Positions 49,226-62,900 of a stretch of DNA of 64,000 nt are shown here, piece by piece. Location: positions 416,001-480,000 of the forward strand of contig CAWJKT010000004.1 in NCBI GenBank assembly GCA_963843375.1, in the 5' to 3' direction. The position numbers and the translations under genes were made by a program. The first letter of the stretch is position 1. Each line of letters opens with the position of its first letter. The notes under the pieces are model-generated. The model saw nothing but the letters and a program-made list of their open reading frames with translations. It did no database searches and had not been told where the DNA came from. Origin of the DNA: an uncultured Pseudomonadota bacterium. GTDB lineage: Bacteria; Oederibacteriota; Muellerivitia; Muellerivitales; Muellerivitaceae.

Positions 49226-49661
49226 GGCTCTCGAGGGTGACCGTCGTCGGTTCGCCGCCGTTTCGCCGCACGACGACCTCCGCGCGAAGCCGCCGCGTCT
49301 GCCGGTCCTCGGGCACGTGATCGGCCACGTCGTCGAGCGCGTGGCCGAGGCGCGCGAGCTGCGTATCGACGCCGTACGAGGCGAACACGCGCACGTCGAC
49401 GGACGCGAGGATCGGATCGCGCACGCGATCGCGCCACGCGAAGTGCCGCAGCTGTCCGGCCTCGTCGCGGGCGCTCCATTCGCCCCGCGGGGCGCGCACC
49501 GAGCCGCCGGCGGTCTCGCGCCAGAGATGGATCTCGAGCGTCGAAGCCTCGGGAAACATTCGGAAGCCAAAGATGTGGTCAGGCCGCCCACCCGCCGTGC
49601 CGACGAGCGCCACCTGGGCTGCGATCCAGAGCGCCGCAAAGACCACGCGCAGTTGCCTCAC
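49209..49661 (-). CDS. Hypothetical protein coupled to the HTTM gene
   Basis: N-terminal TM then FGFRMF; overlaps HTTM start; GC3-rich frame. Confidence 0.6.
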   Translation of the reverse strand: MRQLRVVFAALWIAAQVALVGTAGGRPDHIFGFRMFPEASTLEIHLWRETAGGSVRAPRGEWSARDEAGQLRHFAWRDRVRDPILASVDVRVFASYGVDTQLARLGHALDDVADHVPEDRQTRRLRAEVVVRRNGGEPTTVTLESHERGP

Positions 49662-49724
49662 CGTGCGGACGCTAGCCGCAATGGCCGGCGCGCTGGCCAC
49701 CGATTTGCGTCGGATCCTCCCGCC

Positions 49725-51164
49725 ATGCCACGATTCGATGTGGCCGTGCGAACGCCGATCGTAGCCGCCTTGTGCCTGCTGCCCCTCGGCTGCGGCGAAG
49801 GCTCGGCCACGAAGGTCAACGGGCCGCCGCCCGACGTCGCCTTCGCGCCGCATCTCGACCGCAGGCTCGATCGGACCGTCGGGGCCTCGTCGCTCCAGCC
49901 GCTCGGCAACACGGTGCCCACGTCGACCGCCGCGAGCCCGACCGGCGCGGCGATCCCGGCGCCTCTCTCGGCGGCGCCGATCGGACACCTCGACGGCCCC
50001 GACCGCCTCGCTCGCCTCTTCCAGCGCCTTGCCGGCCTCGACGACGGGCGCGTGCACGACGACGTGCGGATCCTGCAGTTCGGCGACTCGCATACGGCGA
50101 GCGACATGGGCACCGCCGCGTTTCGCCGCCAGCTCCAGGCGCGGTTCGGCGACGGCGGCCGAGGCTTCGTCTCGATTGGGCAGGCCCTGGAAGACGTACG
50201 TGCAAGAGGGCCTGCGCGGCGGACATGACCGACCAGTTCGAGCCCGAGCGCAATCGCCTGAAGGACCCGCAGTCGGGCGGCGACGGCGTGCTTCGGTCTC
50301 CTCGGCGTCGGCATCGCCGCGTCGGCGCCGGGCGCGCGCGCCTGGACGCAGGTCGCGCCCCGCTTCTCTCGCGTGGAGTTCGACTACTGGCAGGCGCCTC
50401 GCGGCGGGAGCTTCGACGTCTTCATCGACGGCGCGCGCGCCGGCCGCGTGGCGCACGCGCTCGGCGCAGGCCGGCTCGGGCTTCTTCGCGTTCGACGTCG
50501 CCGACGCGCCCCACCAGGTCGAGGTCCGCACGGTCGGCGACGGCGAGGTCCGCGTCTTCGGCATGACGCTCGACCGCGCGCAGGCCGGCGTCGTGGTCGA
50601 CGCGCTCGGCATCAACGGGGCGCAGATCTTCACCGCGCTGCGCTGGAACGAGGACCACTTCGCCGAGCAAGTCCGCCACCAATCGCCCGATCTCGTGGTG
50701 CTCGCGTACGGCACCAACGAGGCGCTCGACCCGAAGGTCGACGACGCCGGGTACCAGCAAGGGCTCGTCGACCTCCTCGGCCGCGTGTCGCGCGCCGCGC
50801 CTGGCGCCGCCTGCATGCTGCTCGGACCTCCCGACCTTGCGCGCTGGACGAAGGGCACGCGCGGCTACCACACCGCGCCGCGCATCCTCGAGATCGAGGC
50901 CATCCAGCGGCGGGTCGCGGGCGCGGCCGGCTGCGCGTTCTATCGCAGATCGACGCCATGGGCGGCCCCGGCAGCATCGCGGCGTGGGCCGAGGAAGCGG
51001 AGCCCCGGGCGCAGGGCGATCGAACGCACCTCACGCGCATCGGCTACGCTCAGGTCGGGACGTCCCTCGCCACCGACCTCCTCCGCGCCTACGACGAGTG
51101 GCGCGCCGAGATGGGCCTTCCCCCGACCGGCGCCGACAAGACGTGGAACGTCGCCCGCCGATAG
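49725..51164 (+). CDS. SGNH/GDSL hydrolase or O-acetyltransferase (PatB/Ape-like), frameshifted
   Basis: Lipobox LPLGC; ILQFGDSH, DALGING, LAYGTNE, DRTH. Confidence 0.8.
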
Positions 51165-51173
51165 CGCCGCGCA

Positions 51174-52659
51174 TCACGGCGTCGTCGCCGCGGCCGCCTG
51201 GGCGCCCGCGTTCGCGGCCCGCTTCGCGTACGCCTGGACGAGGGCGCCGGAGAGCATGTCGCCCAGCACCTCGGCGCCGCGCGGCGTCGGGTGGGTGAGA
51301 TCGCCGCCCCCGAGCTGCGGCTGCGCGTTGACCCAGCGGGCCATCGAGCCCTCGCCGCCCATCGCCTCGAACGTGTTCCAGAACGCGGCGCCATGCGAGA
51401 GCGCGACGCGCCGCTGGATGGCGACCGAGATTGAGGATCACGGGCTTGCGTGACGAGCCGTCCGTCGCGCTGCTCGGCGCGGTCGAGCGGCGCGACGACG
51501 AGGATCGACGCGCGCGGCGCGGCCTCGCGCAGCTCGTCGATCAGGCCCGCGAGCGCGCGCTCGTACTCGTCGCGCTCGAGCTTCCGGAGGTCGCTCTCGT
51601 TGGTGCCGTACTGGAGGACGACGAGCGCCGGCTTGCGCAGCGCGAGCTGGTCCTTCCAGTGCTGCCGCGTCATGGCGCTGCCAGTAGACGGCCATCGCCG
51701 CGTGCGAGCCGAGCGCGTCGTAGACGACCCCCGGCTCGTCGCGCTCGAGCGCCACGCCGAACAGGCGCACGGGGCCGCCGCCCACCGCGCGCACGCGTGA
51801 GCTTCGCCTCGCCGTCGGGCACGTGCACCGAGTGGACGCGCGACGACCTTCTCGTCCCGCGCGTCGAGAAGCGCTCGGGCGGCGCTCCGCGCACGGCGAG
51901 GTCCACGTCGCCGCCGCCGGGCTGCTCGAGGTAATAGAGGTCGAAGCGCGAGACGTTGCGCCCGTAGTCGCCGTGCGTCGTCGTGCCGAACGAGGCCGAG
52001 CCGCCGCCGTAGCTGGTGAACGACACGCCGCCGAGGCCGTACATCCCGTCGCGGCGCGAGCGGGCCGGCGAGGCGGCTGGCCGTCCATTCGCCGTCGCGC
52101 CGTGCGAGACGTCGTTGTGGAAGTACCACTCCCACGGGTTGGCGATGAGGATGAAGCCGTGCCCCGCGTCGCCGAAGCGCGCCTGCAGCCGGCGCCGCAC
52201 CGTGCCCGAGACGTAGTCGCTGGCGATGGCCGAGTCGCCGTAGTGCAGGATGCGCGTCACCGCGCCCGGCTTCTTTCCGGTCGGTGCGAGCGAGGGCGCG
52301 AAGAACGCGTCGAGCGCGTGGCCCGTCGGGTCCTCGACGGCGACGTCGCGAAGCGTCCCCCGCACGATGCCGGTCCACCTCGGGGAGCGCGCGCGTGCGA
52401 CTCGACGGGGAGCGCGTTGTTGATGGTGGGGGTGTTGTCCGAGGCGGGGAGCGACTGCTCGCCCTCGGGGGCGCGGGGGCCTGCAGCGGCATGGCCGCGC
52501 GGCGCCTCGTCGTCGGCGGCCGCCGGCGTCTCCCACGGCGTCGCGATGACCCGCAGGGGCCGCAGCCTCGGCGTGGCGTACGGCACGGCGAGCGCCGCCG
52601 ACCATCACGAGAAGCGCGCGCGTCGTCTTTCCGAGCAGAGGGTGCTCACTCAGCCGCAC
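51174..52659 (-). CDS. Second SGNH/GDSL protein, convergent, frameshifted; start approximate
   Basis: ILHYGDS, RFGDAGHGF, LQYGTNES, GDLTHPT. Confidence 0.8.
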
Positions 52660-52794
52660 ATCGCCCCCGGGCGCGCAGGATAGCCAAGAGCCACGCGATT
52701 GCCTCGGGAACTTTCTGGTGGGGGACGGAGACATTCCCATCGGGTGACGCGTCCAACACGGGTGCGCTGGGAGGCGGGCAGTCGAGCCTGCTCC

Positions 52795-54739
52795 ATGCGC
52801 GCCCAGGAGCGGGGTAGCGATGGAGCGGTATCACGAAACGCTTTTCCGCGCGCAAGCGCGCGGCGATACGGGTGTGCGCGCTGCTGGCGCCGCTTGCCGC
52901 AGCGAGCGCGTGTCGACCTGGCGATGCGCCGGTGTCCGGGACGAAACGCCCGCGGCGCCGGTCGCGACGGCCGCCTCCAGGGCCAACGCGGACGAAGGGA
53001 CGATGCGAACGACTCGGCTGCCCGGGGGCCATCGCCGCGGCGGTGAAGGCGCGCGACAAGGGCGCTGCGGCGATCCGCTCTCCGCGAACGCGCCCGTCAC
53101 GCTCAACGCTCTCCAGGCCCAGACGCCGGCCGCGACGACGTTCGGAATGATCGGCTCCTCGGGCACGGCGCGCCCGCCGCGAGCGGTGCGACCCCGTCGG
53201 CGCCGTGGGGGCGCGAGGCGGCGGGGCCCGAGCTCGTGACCCCGCGCCGACGCGGCTCGATCCCAACGCCCGGTACGCCACGACGTACCGGCCGGGCGGC
53301 GCCGCGCTGGCCGCGTTCGACGCGGCGGTCTCGCGCGGCCAGATCCCCGCCTCGTGCAGGGACCTCGTCGGCGACTTCGGCGCGCGCTACGCGCCCAACC
53401 TCGCGGCGCCCGCCGAGGGCGCCCTCGCCGTCGGCGTCGAGACGGCGCGCGCCGCGATCGGCCCGGAGGGCGGTCCCCTGAGCCTGCGCGTCGCGCTGGC
53501 CTCGAGCGAGGTGACCCCGCCGCGCGCCCCGCTGTCGTGCACATCGTGCTCGACGTCAGCGGCTCGATGGGCGGGCAGGCGATCGACGACGCGAAGCGGG
53601 CCGCCGAGGCCGCGGTGGAGAAGCTCGAATCGAACGACGACTTCTCGATGGTCACCTTCTCGGACACGGCCACGTCATCGTCCCCGACGGTCCCATCGGC
53701 CCGCGTCGCGACAAGGTACTCGCGCGCATCCACGACGTGCAGGCGGGCGGCGGCACCAACATCTCGGCCGGTCTCGACCTCGGGTACGCCGAGGCGCGCG
53801 CGCCGAGCGTCGGGCGACGAGGCGGTGCGGCTCGTGATGCTCCTCTCCGACGGGCACGCCAACGGGGGCGACACGAGCGTGGAGCACCTCGCGGACCGCG
53901 CCGGGCGAGCCTTCCAGGACGGCGTCGAGACGAGCGCCTTCGGGCTCGGGCCCGACTTCGACGCGGCGCTGATGAGCGAGCATCGCCGATCGCGGCGCGG
54001 GTGGCTACTACTACATCGCCGACTCGTCGCAGATCGCGCCCGCCCTCGCCCGCGAGATCGACGCGCGCCTGCGGCCCGTGGCGACCGCCGTCGAGGTCCG
54101 CGTCCGCCTTCGCCCCGACGTCGCGGCCACGCACGTCTTCGGCTCGCGCGAGCTCTCCGCCACGAGGCCGACGCGGTGCGCGCCCAGGAGGTCGCGGTCG
54201 ACCTGCACGAGAAGCAGCGCGGCATCGCCTCCGACCGTCAGGTCGACGCCGCCGGCGGGATGCGCTTCTTCATCCCGGCGTTCGCTCGCGCCGATCGCCA
54301 CGCCACGCTGATCACGCTGCAGCTGCCGCCGGGCGCGGGCGAGCGGCGCATCGCGAGCGTCGAGGTCCGTTACAAGGATCGCCTCCTCAAGAAGAACGTG
54401 ACCCAGCGAGCTCCCTGTGAACCTGCGCTGGGCGGCGAGCGACGCGGAGAGCGCGCTCACCGCCGACCACGACGTCGAGCGAGCCGAGCAGGGCTTCGCC
54501 GCCGGTGAGGCGATCCTGCAGGCCGCCGAGCGCGTGGACGCCGGCGACCGGGCGGGCGCCCATCACCTCCTCGACGAGCGGGCCGCGGTTCTGCGGATCG
54601 CGTCGTCGACGCTGGCGACCCACGCTTCGCGGAAGACGCGGCGCGACTCGACCGCCTCGGCGAAGCCGTCGGGGGCGGGCAGCTGGCGGAGCTGCCGCTC
54701 GTCGTGATGCTCCGGGGTTCGGGATACGGGTACCTCTGA
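52795..54739 (+). CDS. VWA-domain protein, frameshifted; start uncertain
   Basis: [39 protein letters not shown]. Confidence 0.75.
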
Positions 54740-55705
54740 TGGACTCCCCCGCGCCGTTCGTCCTCAAGCTGCCGGTGGACCGCGTCACGGCGCTCGCGAT
54801 GGAGCCGGGGGCGACGGTTCGACTCTCCGGCCTGGTGACCGCGCCGATGGATTGCACGTCGCTCGACGCCGCGAACCTCTTCGACTTCTCGGCCGGAGGC
54901 CTGCGCGTCGTGGCCGGGGACCCGGCGCACCACGTGTACGTCCTCGCGGCGGAGGGGATCGTACGTGCAGGCCTGCGCCGCCGTGGGCGGGATCCCGTGC
55001 CTCGTGCCCAGGCTCGCCGATCTCGCGCATGCACGGCTGCACACGGAGGCCGAGCTCGCGTCGACGCTGTCCGGCAGCATCGAGCTCGAATCGCATCCCC
55101 CGCCGACCGCGGCGTCCGCGATCCTCGGCGCGCTCGCGTGGGCCGCGCTCTGCATCGGGGCGGCCCTCGCCCTCGCGTGGACCGTGGTCGCGCTCTCGAG
55201 GCGTGCGGCGCGGAGCGCGCTGGGCCGGATCCGCGTCGCCGCTCGCCGGGCCCTGCGCGCGACGCGAGGGGACGTCACGCTCGAGAGCGCGCGGACGCAG
55301 ATCCGCGCCCTCGTCGATCGCGCCCGGCAGCTCGACGAGCTGCGCCGCCGCTGCGCGCGCAGGCTGTCGCGCATCGATCGGGCCGCGCTCGACCGGCGCG
55401 CCGAGGCCTGCGAGCGGGCGACCGTCCCCGTCTCGGCGGCCGCGCTCGCGTCGTTCGCGGCCGAGCGTGACGCCGCGCTGCAGCTCGAGAGCGACCACGG
55501 CGCCGCCCTCGTCGAGCTGGAACGGATCGAGAGCGTCCTGCGGACGGCGACGCTGCGCGCGGGAGCGCTCCCGCGCGCTCGCGGAGGTCTCCGGCTCGCG
55601 GCGCGCCGCGGAGAGCGCGGAGAGACGGTCGGCGACCCCGTCGACGCGCTCGTGGCCGAGCTCGATCTGCGCGACCAGGCGATCGCCGAGGCCGACGCGT
55701 CCTGA
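54739..55705 (+). CDS. Hypothetical membrane-anchored protein, frameshifted
   Basis: TGATG coupling to VWA gene; central TM and helical C-terminus. Confidence 0.55.
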
Positions 55706-55759
55706 AGGCCGCGGCAGCCCGGCTGGAATCGCGCGGGGCGCTCTGCTACTCGTCGCACC

Positions 55760-57199
55760 ATGCCGCCTGCGCGCGTCCGCTTCGCCCCGTCGCCCACCGG
55801 GCTACCTGCACATCGGCGGCGTCCGCACGGCGCTCTTCAACTGGCTCTGGGCGCGCAAGACCGGCGGCGACCTTCATCCTCCGCATCGAGGACACCGACC
55901 AGGAGCGGAGCACGCGCGGAGAGCGTCGCAGGTCATCCTCGACTCGCTGCGCTGGCTCGGCCTCGACTGGGACGAGGGCCCCGAGATGGGCGGCGCTCCG
56001 GGCCGTACACGCAGATGGAGCGGCTCGCGCTCTACCGCGAGTTCGCCGAGAAGCTCATCGCGGCGGGCAAGGCGTACCGCTGCTACTGCACCAAGGAGGA
56101 GCTCGACGCCCAGCGCGAGGCGCTCAAGGCGAGGGACCCGAAGGCCCAGTTCCGCTACCCCGGCACCTGCCGCGACCGGAAGGACGCAGCCGGACGCTGC
56201 CGTTCGTCGTGCGCTTCAGCGTGCCCGACGACGGGCAGCGTCACGCTACGTCGACAAGGTCTTCGGCGAGGTCGTCACCCCGAACGCCGCGCAGCAGGAC
56301 TTCGTCCTGCTGCGGTCCGACGGCGTGCCGCTCTACAACTTCGGCGCCGTGGTCGACGACATCACGATGGGCATCACGCTGGTCGCGCGCGGCCGCGACC
56401 ACATGGTCAACACGCCCCCGCAGATCCTGCTCTACGAGGCGCTCGGCGCAGCCGCCGCCGGAGTTCGCGCACCTGCCGATGATGCTCGCGCCGAACGGCG
56501 AGAAGCTCCGCAAGCGCCACGGCGCCGTGAGCGTCGACCGAGTACCGCGACCAGGGGTACTCGCCGCGCGCCGTGCTCAACTACCTCGTCCGCTTCGGCT
56601 GGTCGCACGGCGACCAGGAGGTGTTCTCGCTCGGCGAGCTCGTCGAGGCGTTCGACTGGGAGCACTGCGGCACGGAGCGACGGCAAGTTCGACGCGAAGA
56701 AGTTCCTCGCGATCGACCACGAGCACCTCAAGACGCCGCGGCTCACGGCCGACGCGGAGTACGCGCAGCGCATGGCGCCGTTCCTGGGCAAGCGCGGGCT
56801 CGACGTCGGGGCCGCGCGCGCCGACGGCCGCGTCCCCCTCATCCGCGAGCGCGCGCACACCTTCGTCGAGGCGGCCGACCCGCTCGACTTCTTCTTCCGC
56901 GACCCGCCGGCCCTCGACGCGAAGGCCGCGGCGAAGTTCCTCGTCCCCGCGAGCGCGCCGCACCTTCGCGGCCTGGCCGACGCGATCGAGAAGGCGAGCC
57001 CTGGGCCGCGCCCGACCTCGAGGCTGCCGTCAACGCGTGGCTCCCGGGCACCGGGCTGCCAATGAAAGACGTCGCCCAGCCCGCGCGCGTCGCTCTCACG
57101 GGGCGCACGGCCAGTCCGGGTCTCTTCGACGTCATCGCCGTCCTCGGTCGCGAGCGCGCCCTCGCGCGTCTCCGCGCCGCCGCCGCGCAGTGCGGCTAG
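55760..57199 (+). CDS. gltX: Glutamate-tRNA ligase, frameshifted
   Basis: [48 protein letters not shown]...SPGLF. Confidence 0.92.
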
Positions 57200-57389
57200 G
57201 GGAACGGGTGTAGGGCGGAGAGCGAGAAATCCGCGACGATCCCGCGACTCGGGCGCCGGGGGTGTGGCGACCCCGGTAGCCTGCAAGAGTGGGTGGATCC
57301 GCTAGAACGCCGCAGCGAGCCGGCCGGCGGCGCTCGAGTCCTCGTGCGCCTGCGTCGAGCGGTTTGCCGCGAACCGGGTCGGACGGGCG

Positions 57390-60300
57390 ATGACCGGAGC
57401 GCCGGCAGCGCAGGCCTCGCCCGAGCTTTCGTCGAGGCTCACCGGCTGGTCGGGCACCTCGCGGTATCGCGTCCGGCGGTGCATCGGCACCGGCGGGGTG
57501 GGGGCGGTCTTCGAGGCGTTCGACGAGGAGAGCGGATCGACCGTCGCAGTCAAGAGGCTCCGGCACTTCAGCCCCGCGACCCTGTACCGCTTCAAGCAGG
57601 AGTTCCGGACGGCCGCCGACGTCCACCATCCGAACCTCGTGCGGCTCTACGAGCTCGTCGCCACCGAGGAGCACGAGGTCTTCTTCACGATGGAGCTCGT
57701 GCACGGCATGGACGTCGTGACGCACGTACGAGCCCGGGGCGCCGCGGACCCCGAGCGACTGCGCGCCGCGCTGGGCCAGCTTGCCCTGGGCGTGCAGGCG
57801 CTCCACGCCGCCGGCAAGCTTCATCGGGACATCAAGCCGTCGAACGTCCTCGTCACCGCCGAGGGCCGCGTGGTCTTGCTCGACTTCGGCGTGGCGATCG
57901 ATCTGTCCCGCGCGGGCGAGGACGCCGAGGACGCGGACTCCATCGTGGGCACGGCCTCGTACATGGCGCCGGAGCAGGCGTCGGGAGCCGCTCCGACGAC
58001 GGCGTCGGACTGGTACGGCGTCGGGCGCGGTCCTGTTCGAGGCGCTCGTCGGCAGCGCGCCGTTCCTCGGCTCCGCGGCCGACGTCTTGCGGAGAAAGGG
58101 CACGGTGGATCCTCCCGCGCCGTCGGCACGCGTCGAAGGCGTGCCCCCGGATCTCGACGCCCTGTGCCGGGCCCTCCTGCAGCGCGACCCCGCCCTCCGG
58201 CCGAGCGGCGCCGAGATCCTCCGTCGCCTCCGCGCGGGGAGGGACGAAGTCGGCGAAACGGCTCCGGCCTCCGCGACGGACCGGGGCGCTTCTCCGCTCG
58301 TGGGCCGCCGCGACGAGAAGCTCGCCCTCCGCGACGCGTTCGAAGCGGCCCGCGCCGGGACCTCCGTCACCCTCCACGTGCGCGGACGCTCGGGGATGGG
58401 CAAGTCGTCGCTGCTCCAGCGGTTCGTCGACGACCTCGAGGGGGCGGGCGAGGCCGTCGTCCTCCGCGGTCGCACCTACGAGCGGGAGTCGGTCCCCTAC
58501 AAGGCCCTCGACGGCTGCGTCGACGCGCTCAGCGGTCACCTCCTGAGGCTCTCCGATCGCGGCGCGCAGGTCGCTCTGCCCGGGGACATCTGGGCGCTCG
58601 CCCGCCTGTTTCCCGTGCTCCGGCGCGTGCCCGAGATCGCCGACGTTCGCGGGTCCGACGCCGGAGATCCCCATCGCATGCGCCGGCGAGGCTTCGCCGC
58701 GCTGCGCGAGCTGCTCGCGTCGCTGGCGAGCCGGCAGGCCCTGGTCGTTCATCTCGACGACGTGCACTGGGGAGACGCCGACAGCGCGGCGCTCCTGCTC
58801 GATCTCGTGCGGCCACCGAGCGCCCCGCCGCTGCTGCTGGTCATGACGTACCGCGAGGACGGAGCGGAGACGAGCCCGCTCCTCGAAGAGATGCGCTCGC
58901 AATGGCCGCACGGGGCCGAGGCGCGCGAGATGGCCGTCGGGCCGCTCGACGCGGGCGACGCCGCGCAGCTCGCGCTGGCCCTCCTCGGATCGTCCGACGA
59001 CGCGGCGCGAGCGACGGCCGCCGCCGTCGCCCGGGAGTCACACGGCAGCCCGTTCTTGATCGAGGAGCTGGTACGAAGCCATCAGGCCAGGCCGCGGCGC
59101 GAGGCGGGCGAAGAGGCCGATCACGCTCGAGGAGTCGGTCGCCGAGCGCGTGGCGCGGCTGCCCGAGGACGGCCGGCGGCTCCTCGAGATCGTCGCGGTC
59201 GGCGGCCGTCCGCTGCCCGTGCTCGTGGTCTGCGAGGCGGCTGGAGCGGCGCTCGGCGGTCACGACGCGCTCTCGCTCCTTCGCAGCCGACGCTTCGTGC
59301 GCGTCGGTCTGCGCGGCGGTCACGACGTGGTGGAGACGATTCACGATCGGATCCGCGGAGGCGATCGTCGGCCGCATCCCCGCCGAGCGGGCGCGCGACC
59401 ACCACCGCCGCCTCGCGGCCGTGCTCGAGGCGACGCCGGATCTCGATCCCGAGGCGGTCGCGATCCAGCTCGTCGGCGCCGGCGAGAAGGCGCGCGCGGC
59501 AAGGTACGCCGAGCGGGCCGCCGAGCAGGCGATCGCCAAGCTCGCCTTCGAGCGCGCCGTCCAGCTCTTCCGGCTCGCGCTCGAGGGCACGGCCGTGGCG
59601 TCGGCCGATGCCCACCGCCTCCGCGGACGGCTCGCCGAGGCGCTCTCGTACGCCGGCCGGGGAGCCGAGTCGGCGCGCGTGTACCTCGAGACGGCAGAGG
59701 GGGAACGGGGAGTCGGTCGCGTCGAGCTCGAGAGGGCCGCGGCCGAGCAGCTCCTCGCGTCCGGCCGGATCGACGAGGGGGGTCGCGTGCTTCACCGCGT
59801 CCTCGCCGCGATCGGGATGAAGGCGCCCGGGTCGACGCTCTCCGCGGTCTTCTGGCTGGTCGTCTACCGCGTGTGGCTCGCCGTCGTCGGGCTGCGCTTC
59901 GAGGAGCGCCGGCCGGGTGAGGTCCGCCCGGGGGATCGCGCGCGCATCGAGGCGATGTACGCGGTCGGCATGGGCTTCGCGGTCGTCGACGTGCATCCTC
60001 GGCGCCTGCATGGAGGCGCGCCTGCTGCATCTTCTCGCTCCGGACCGGGGACTGCGACCAGGTGCAGCGCGCGGCGGCGCTCGAGGCGGCGCAGCTCGCC
60101 AGCCCGAGGAGGGGTCCCGCGGGAAGGCGCGAGCGGGATCTCTTCGAGGTCGCCAGCGGCCTCGTCGGCTCGCGGCGGGAGCGTCGAGTCGAACGCCTTC
60201 ACGGAAGGCGCCGTGGGGCGTCGCGCTCTTCCTGCGCGGCCGCTGGAAGGAGGCGCGCGAGACCCTCGACGCGAGCAGCGCGAAAGCGCCGGGCATCCGC

Positions 60301-61097
60301 AGCCAGTGGCACTCGAACGCGGTCCTCTTCGCCGTCCGCTCGCTGTACTTCTCGGGCGAGATCCGGGAGCTCGTCCGCCGGCAGGCCCGCTTGCTGGCCG
60401 ACGCGCAGGATCGCGGCGACCTGTACACGCTCGTGAACTGCGCGGCGACGACGACGATCGACGATCGCACCTGGCCGCCGACGACCCCGAGGGCGCGCGC
60501 GAGGCGTCCGCGAAGGGATGGCGCAGTGGTCGCAGACGGGGTTCCTCGTCCAGCACTGGCAGGCGATGGCGTTCGAGCCGGACGTCGACCTGTACCTCGG
60601 GCGACGGGGCCGCGGCGTACGACCGGCTCCGGAGGGACCTGCCGGCGCTGAAGAGGAGCCTGCTGCTCCACGTGCAGTTCGTCCGGAGCTTGACCCATAG
60701 CGCGATCGGGCGCGCCGCGGTCGCGTCGATCGCGGCCGCGTCCGGAGCGGCGCCGGGCGAGGATCGCGGAGGCGCGGAGCATGGCGCGTCGCCTCGAGCG
60801 GGAGCGGATGCCGTGGACGGCGGTGCTCGCCGCCCTCGTCGCCGCCGCGGCCGAGAACGCGGCGGGCGATCGCGCCGGCGGCCGGCGCGGCGTTGCGGGC
60901 AGCGCGCGACGCCGCCCAGGCGGCCGAGATGAAGATGCACGCGGTCGCGGCGACCTACCGGCTCGGCCAGCATGTCGGCGGCGAGGAGGGCGGCGCGCTC
61001 GTCCAGTCGGCGCTGGCCGCCCTCGCCGCCGAAGGAATCAGGAGCCCTGCGCGCTGGGTGGCGATTCTACGTCCCCGGCGAGTGGGGCCCGCGCTGA
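57390..61097 (+). CDS. Ser/Thr protein kinase fused to AAA ATPase and helical repeats, frameshifted
   Basis: IGTGGVGAV, HRDIKPSN, DFG, YMAPE; GRSGMGKS Walker A, LDDVHWGD; architecture common in myxobacteria. Confidence 0.88.
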
Positions 61098-61148
61098 CGC
61101 CGCGACGGGCGCACGGACGCCTCGTGACTGCGCCGGTCCGGACGTCGT

Positions 61149-62341
61149 TCAGCGCGTGGATTGCTCGGCGAGCGCGCCGAGCGTCACCTTGACGTCGAAC
61201 GGCTTCGTCGCGCGCTGCACGCGGAGCGTGACCGGGCGGCCGACGCCGGCCGTGCTCGCGAGCCACTGCAGCTGGGTCGAGCGGTCGATTGGGCTGCCCT
61301 CGAAGGCGACGATGATGTCGCCCGGCTGCGAGCCCGCCCTGGTCGGCGGGGCCCGCCGGGGCTCACGTACTCGACGACGGCGCCGTTGATCGCGTCGCCT
61401 TCGGGGAGCTTCGAGCGCGTGCGCGGTCGTCGCGCGAGAGCTGGTGCACGTCGAGGATGCGCACGCCGAGCGCGCTGCGCGTGACGTGCCCGTCGCGGAG
61501 GAGCATCGGCAGGAGCTGCTTGACCATGTTGATGGGGATGGCGAAGCCGATGCCCTGCGCGCCGCCGCCGCGGATGGCCGTGTTGATCCCGACGACCTCG
61601 CCCCGCAGGTTGAGGAGCGGGCCGCCCGGAGTTGCCCGGGTTGATCGACGCGTCGGTCTGCAGGAAGTCGTAGTAGCCGCTCGGGATCGAGCGGGACGTC
61701 CTGCTGCGTGCGGCCCTTGGCGCTGATGATGCCCGCGCTCACGGTGTGCGAGAGCCCGAAGGGGTTGCCGATCGCGACGACCCAGTCGCCGACGTCGATC
61801 GCGTCCGAGTCGCCGAGCGGCAGCGGGCGCAGGTCCTTCGCGTCGATGCGCACGACCGCGATGTCGGTCTGCGGGTCGGTCCCGACGACCTTGCCGGGGA
61901 ACTCGCGCTCGTCGGAGAGCTTGACCTGGATCTCCTCGGCGCCCTCGACGACGTGGTTGTTCGTGAGGATGATGCCGTTCTTGTCGACGACGAAGCCCGT
62001 GCCCAGGCCCTGCGTCTCGCGCGGCGGCGCGCGGTGCGTGAAGGGCGAGACCTCCATCTCCTCGCCGACCGTGGTGATCGTCACGACGCTCGGGTCGGCG
62101 GCGTGCGCGATGGGCGCGAAGCTCACCGGCTCGAGCCGCACGCTGACCGAGCCCGGCCGCGGCGGGCGGCGGCGCGGGGCGCGGCGCCAGCGGCGGCGCG
62201 TCGGGCTCGGCACGGGGGTCGCGCCGCGGCGGGATGGCGCCCTCCGGCGTCGTCGCCGTCGGGCACGTGCGGCGCGGTCGCCGCAGCGCCGCACGCGACG
62301 AGGCACGCGCAGGACGGCGACGACGCTCGCGCTCGCGGCAT
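61149..62341 (-). CDS. HtrA/DegP-like serine protease with PDZ, frameshifted
   Basis: [41 protein letters not shown]. Confidence 0.9.
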
Positions 62342-62638
62342 CACTTCATCTTCGACCGCTCGACGAAGCGCATCCGGAGATCGAAGAGGATCTGCCCGAG
62401 GAGGCGCTCTTCGTCCCCGGTCAGGTTGCCCTTCGTCTTCTCCTCGAGCACGCCGAGGAGGTCGATGGTCTGGCGCGCGAGCGGCAGGTTCTGCTCGATC
62501 GCTGCCCGTCTCCGGGCTCGGCGCCTCGCCGAGGTGCATCAGCGCCGAGTGGCTGAGCGACAGGACGAACGTCGAGAAGTCGACGTGCGGAAGCGCGTCT
62601 TCGCTGTGCCCTTCGGGCTTCTTGTTCGCGTCGGCCAC
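62341..62638 (-). CDS. DUF1844-family protein, frameshifted
   Basis: [16 protein letters not shown], then [19 protein letters not shown]. Confidence 0.8.
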
Positions 62639-62686
62639 GGCTCCTCATTCTCCCTCGACGCGCTCGCAGCGCTCACGCGCTCCTGC

Positions 62687-62883
62687 TCAGTCCTCGCGGC
62701 CGCCGAGGGCGGGCTGCGGGTGGTCGACCGGCTCGGCCTGCTCGGCCACGTCGGGCAGCGCCGCCAGGTGCTTCTCGACTTCCTTGTCGTCGAAGATGCC
62801 CTTGCGGAGGTTGCGCTCGCGGACGCGGATGTCCCACTCCCAGCTGTTGATCGTCTTCGTGTCTGCTGTTGCCCGTGCGCCAT
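62687..62883 (-). CDS. Small hypothetical protein
   Basis: WDIRVRERNLRKG...EKHLAALPDVAE in a GC3-rich frame; AGGA RBS. Confidence 0.6.
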
Positions 62884-62900
62884 GTCGTTTCCTGGTGCTC

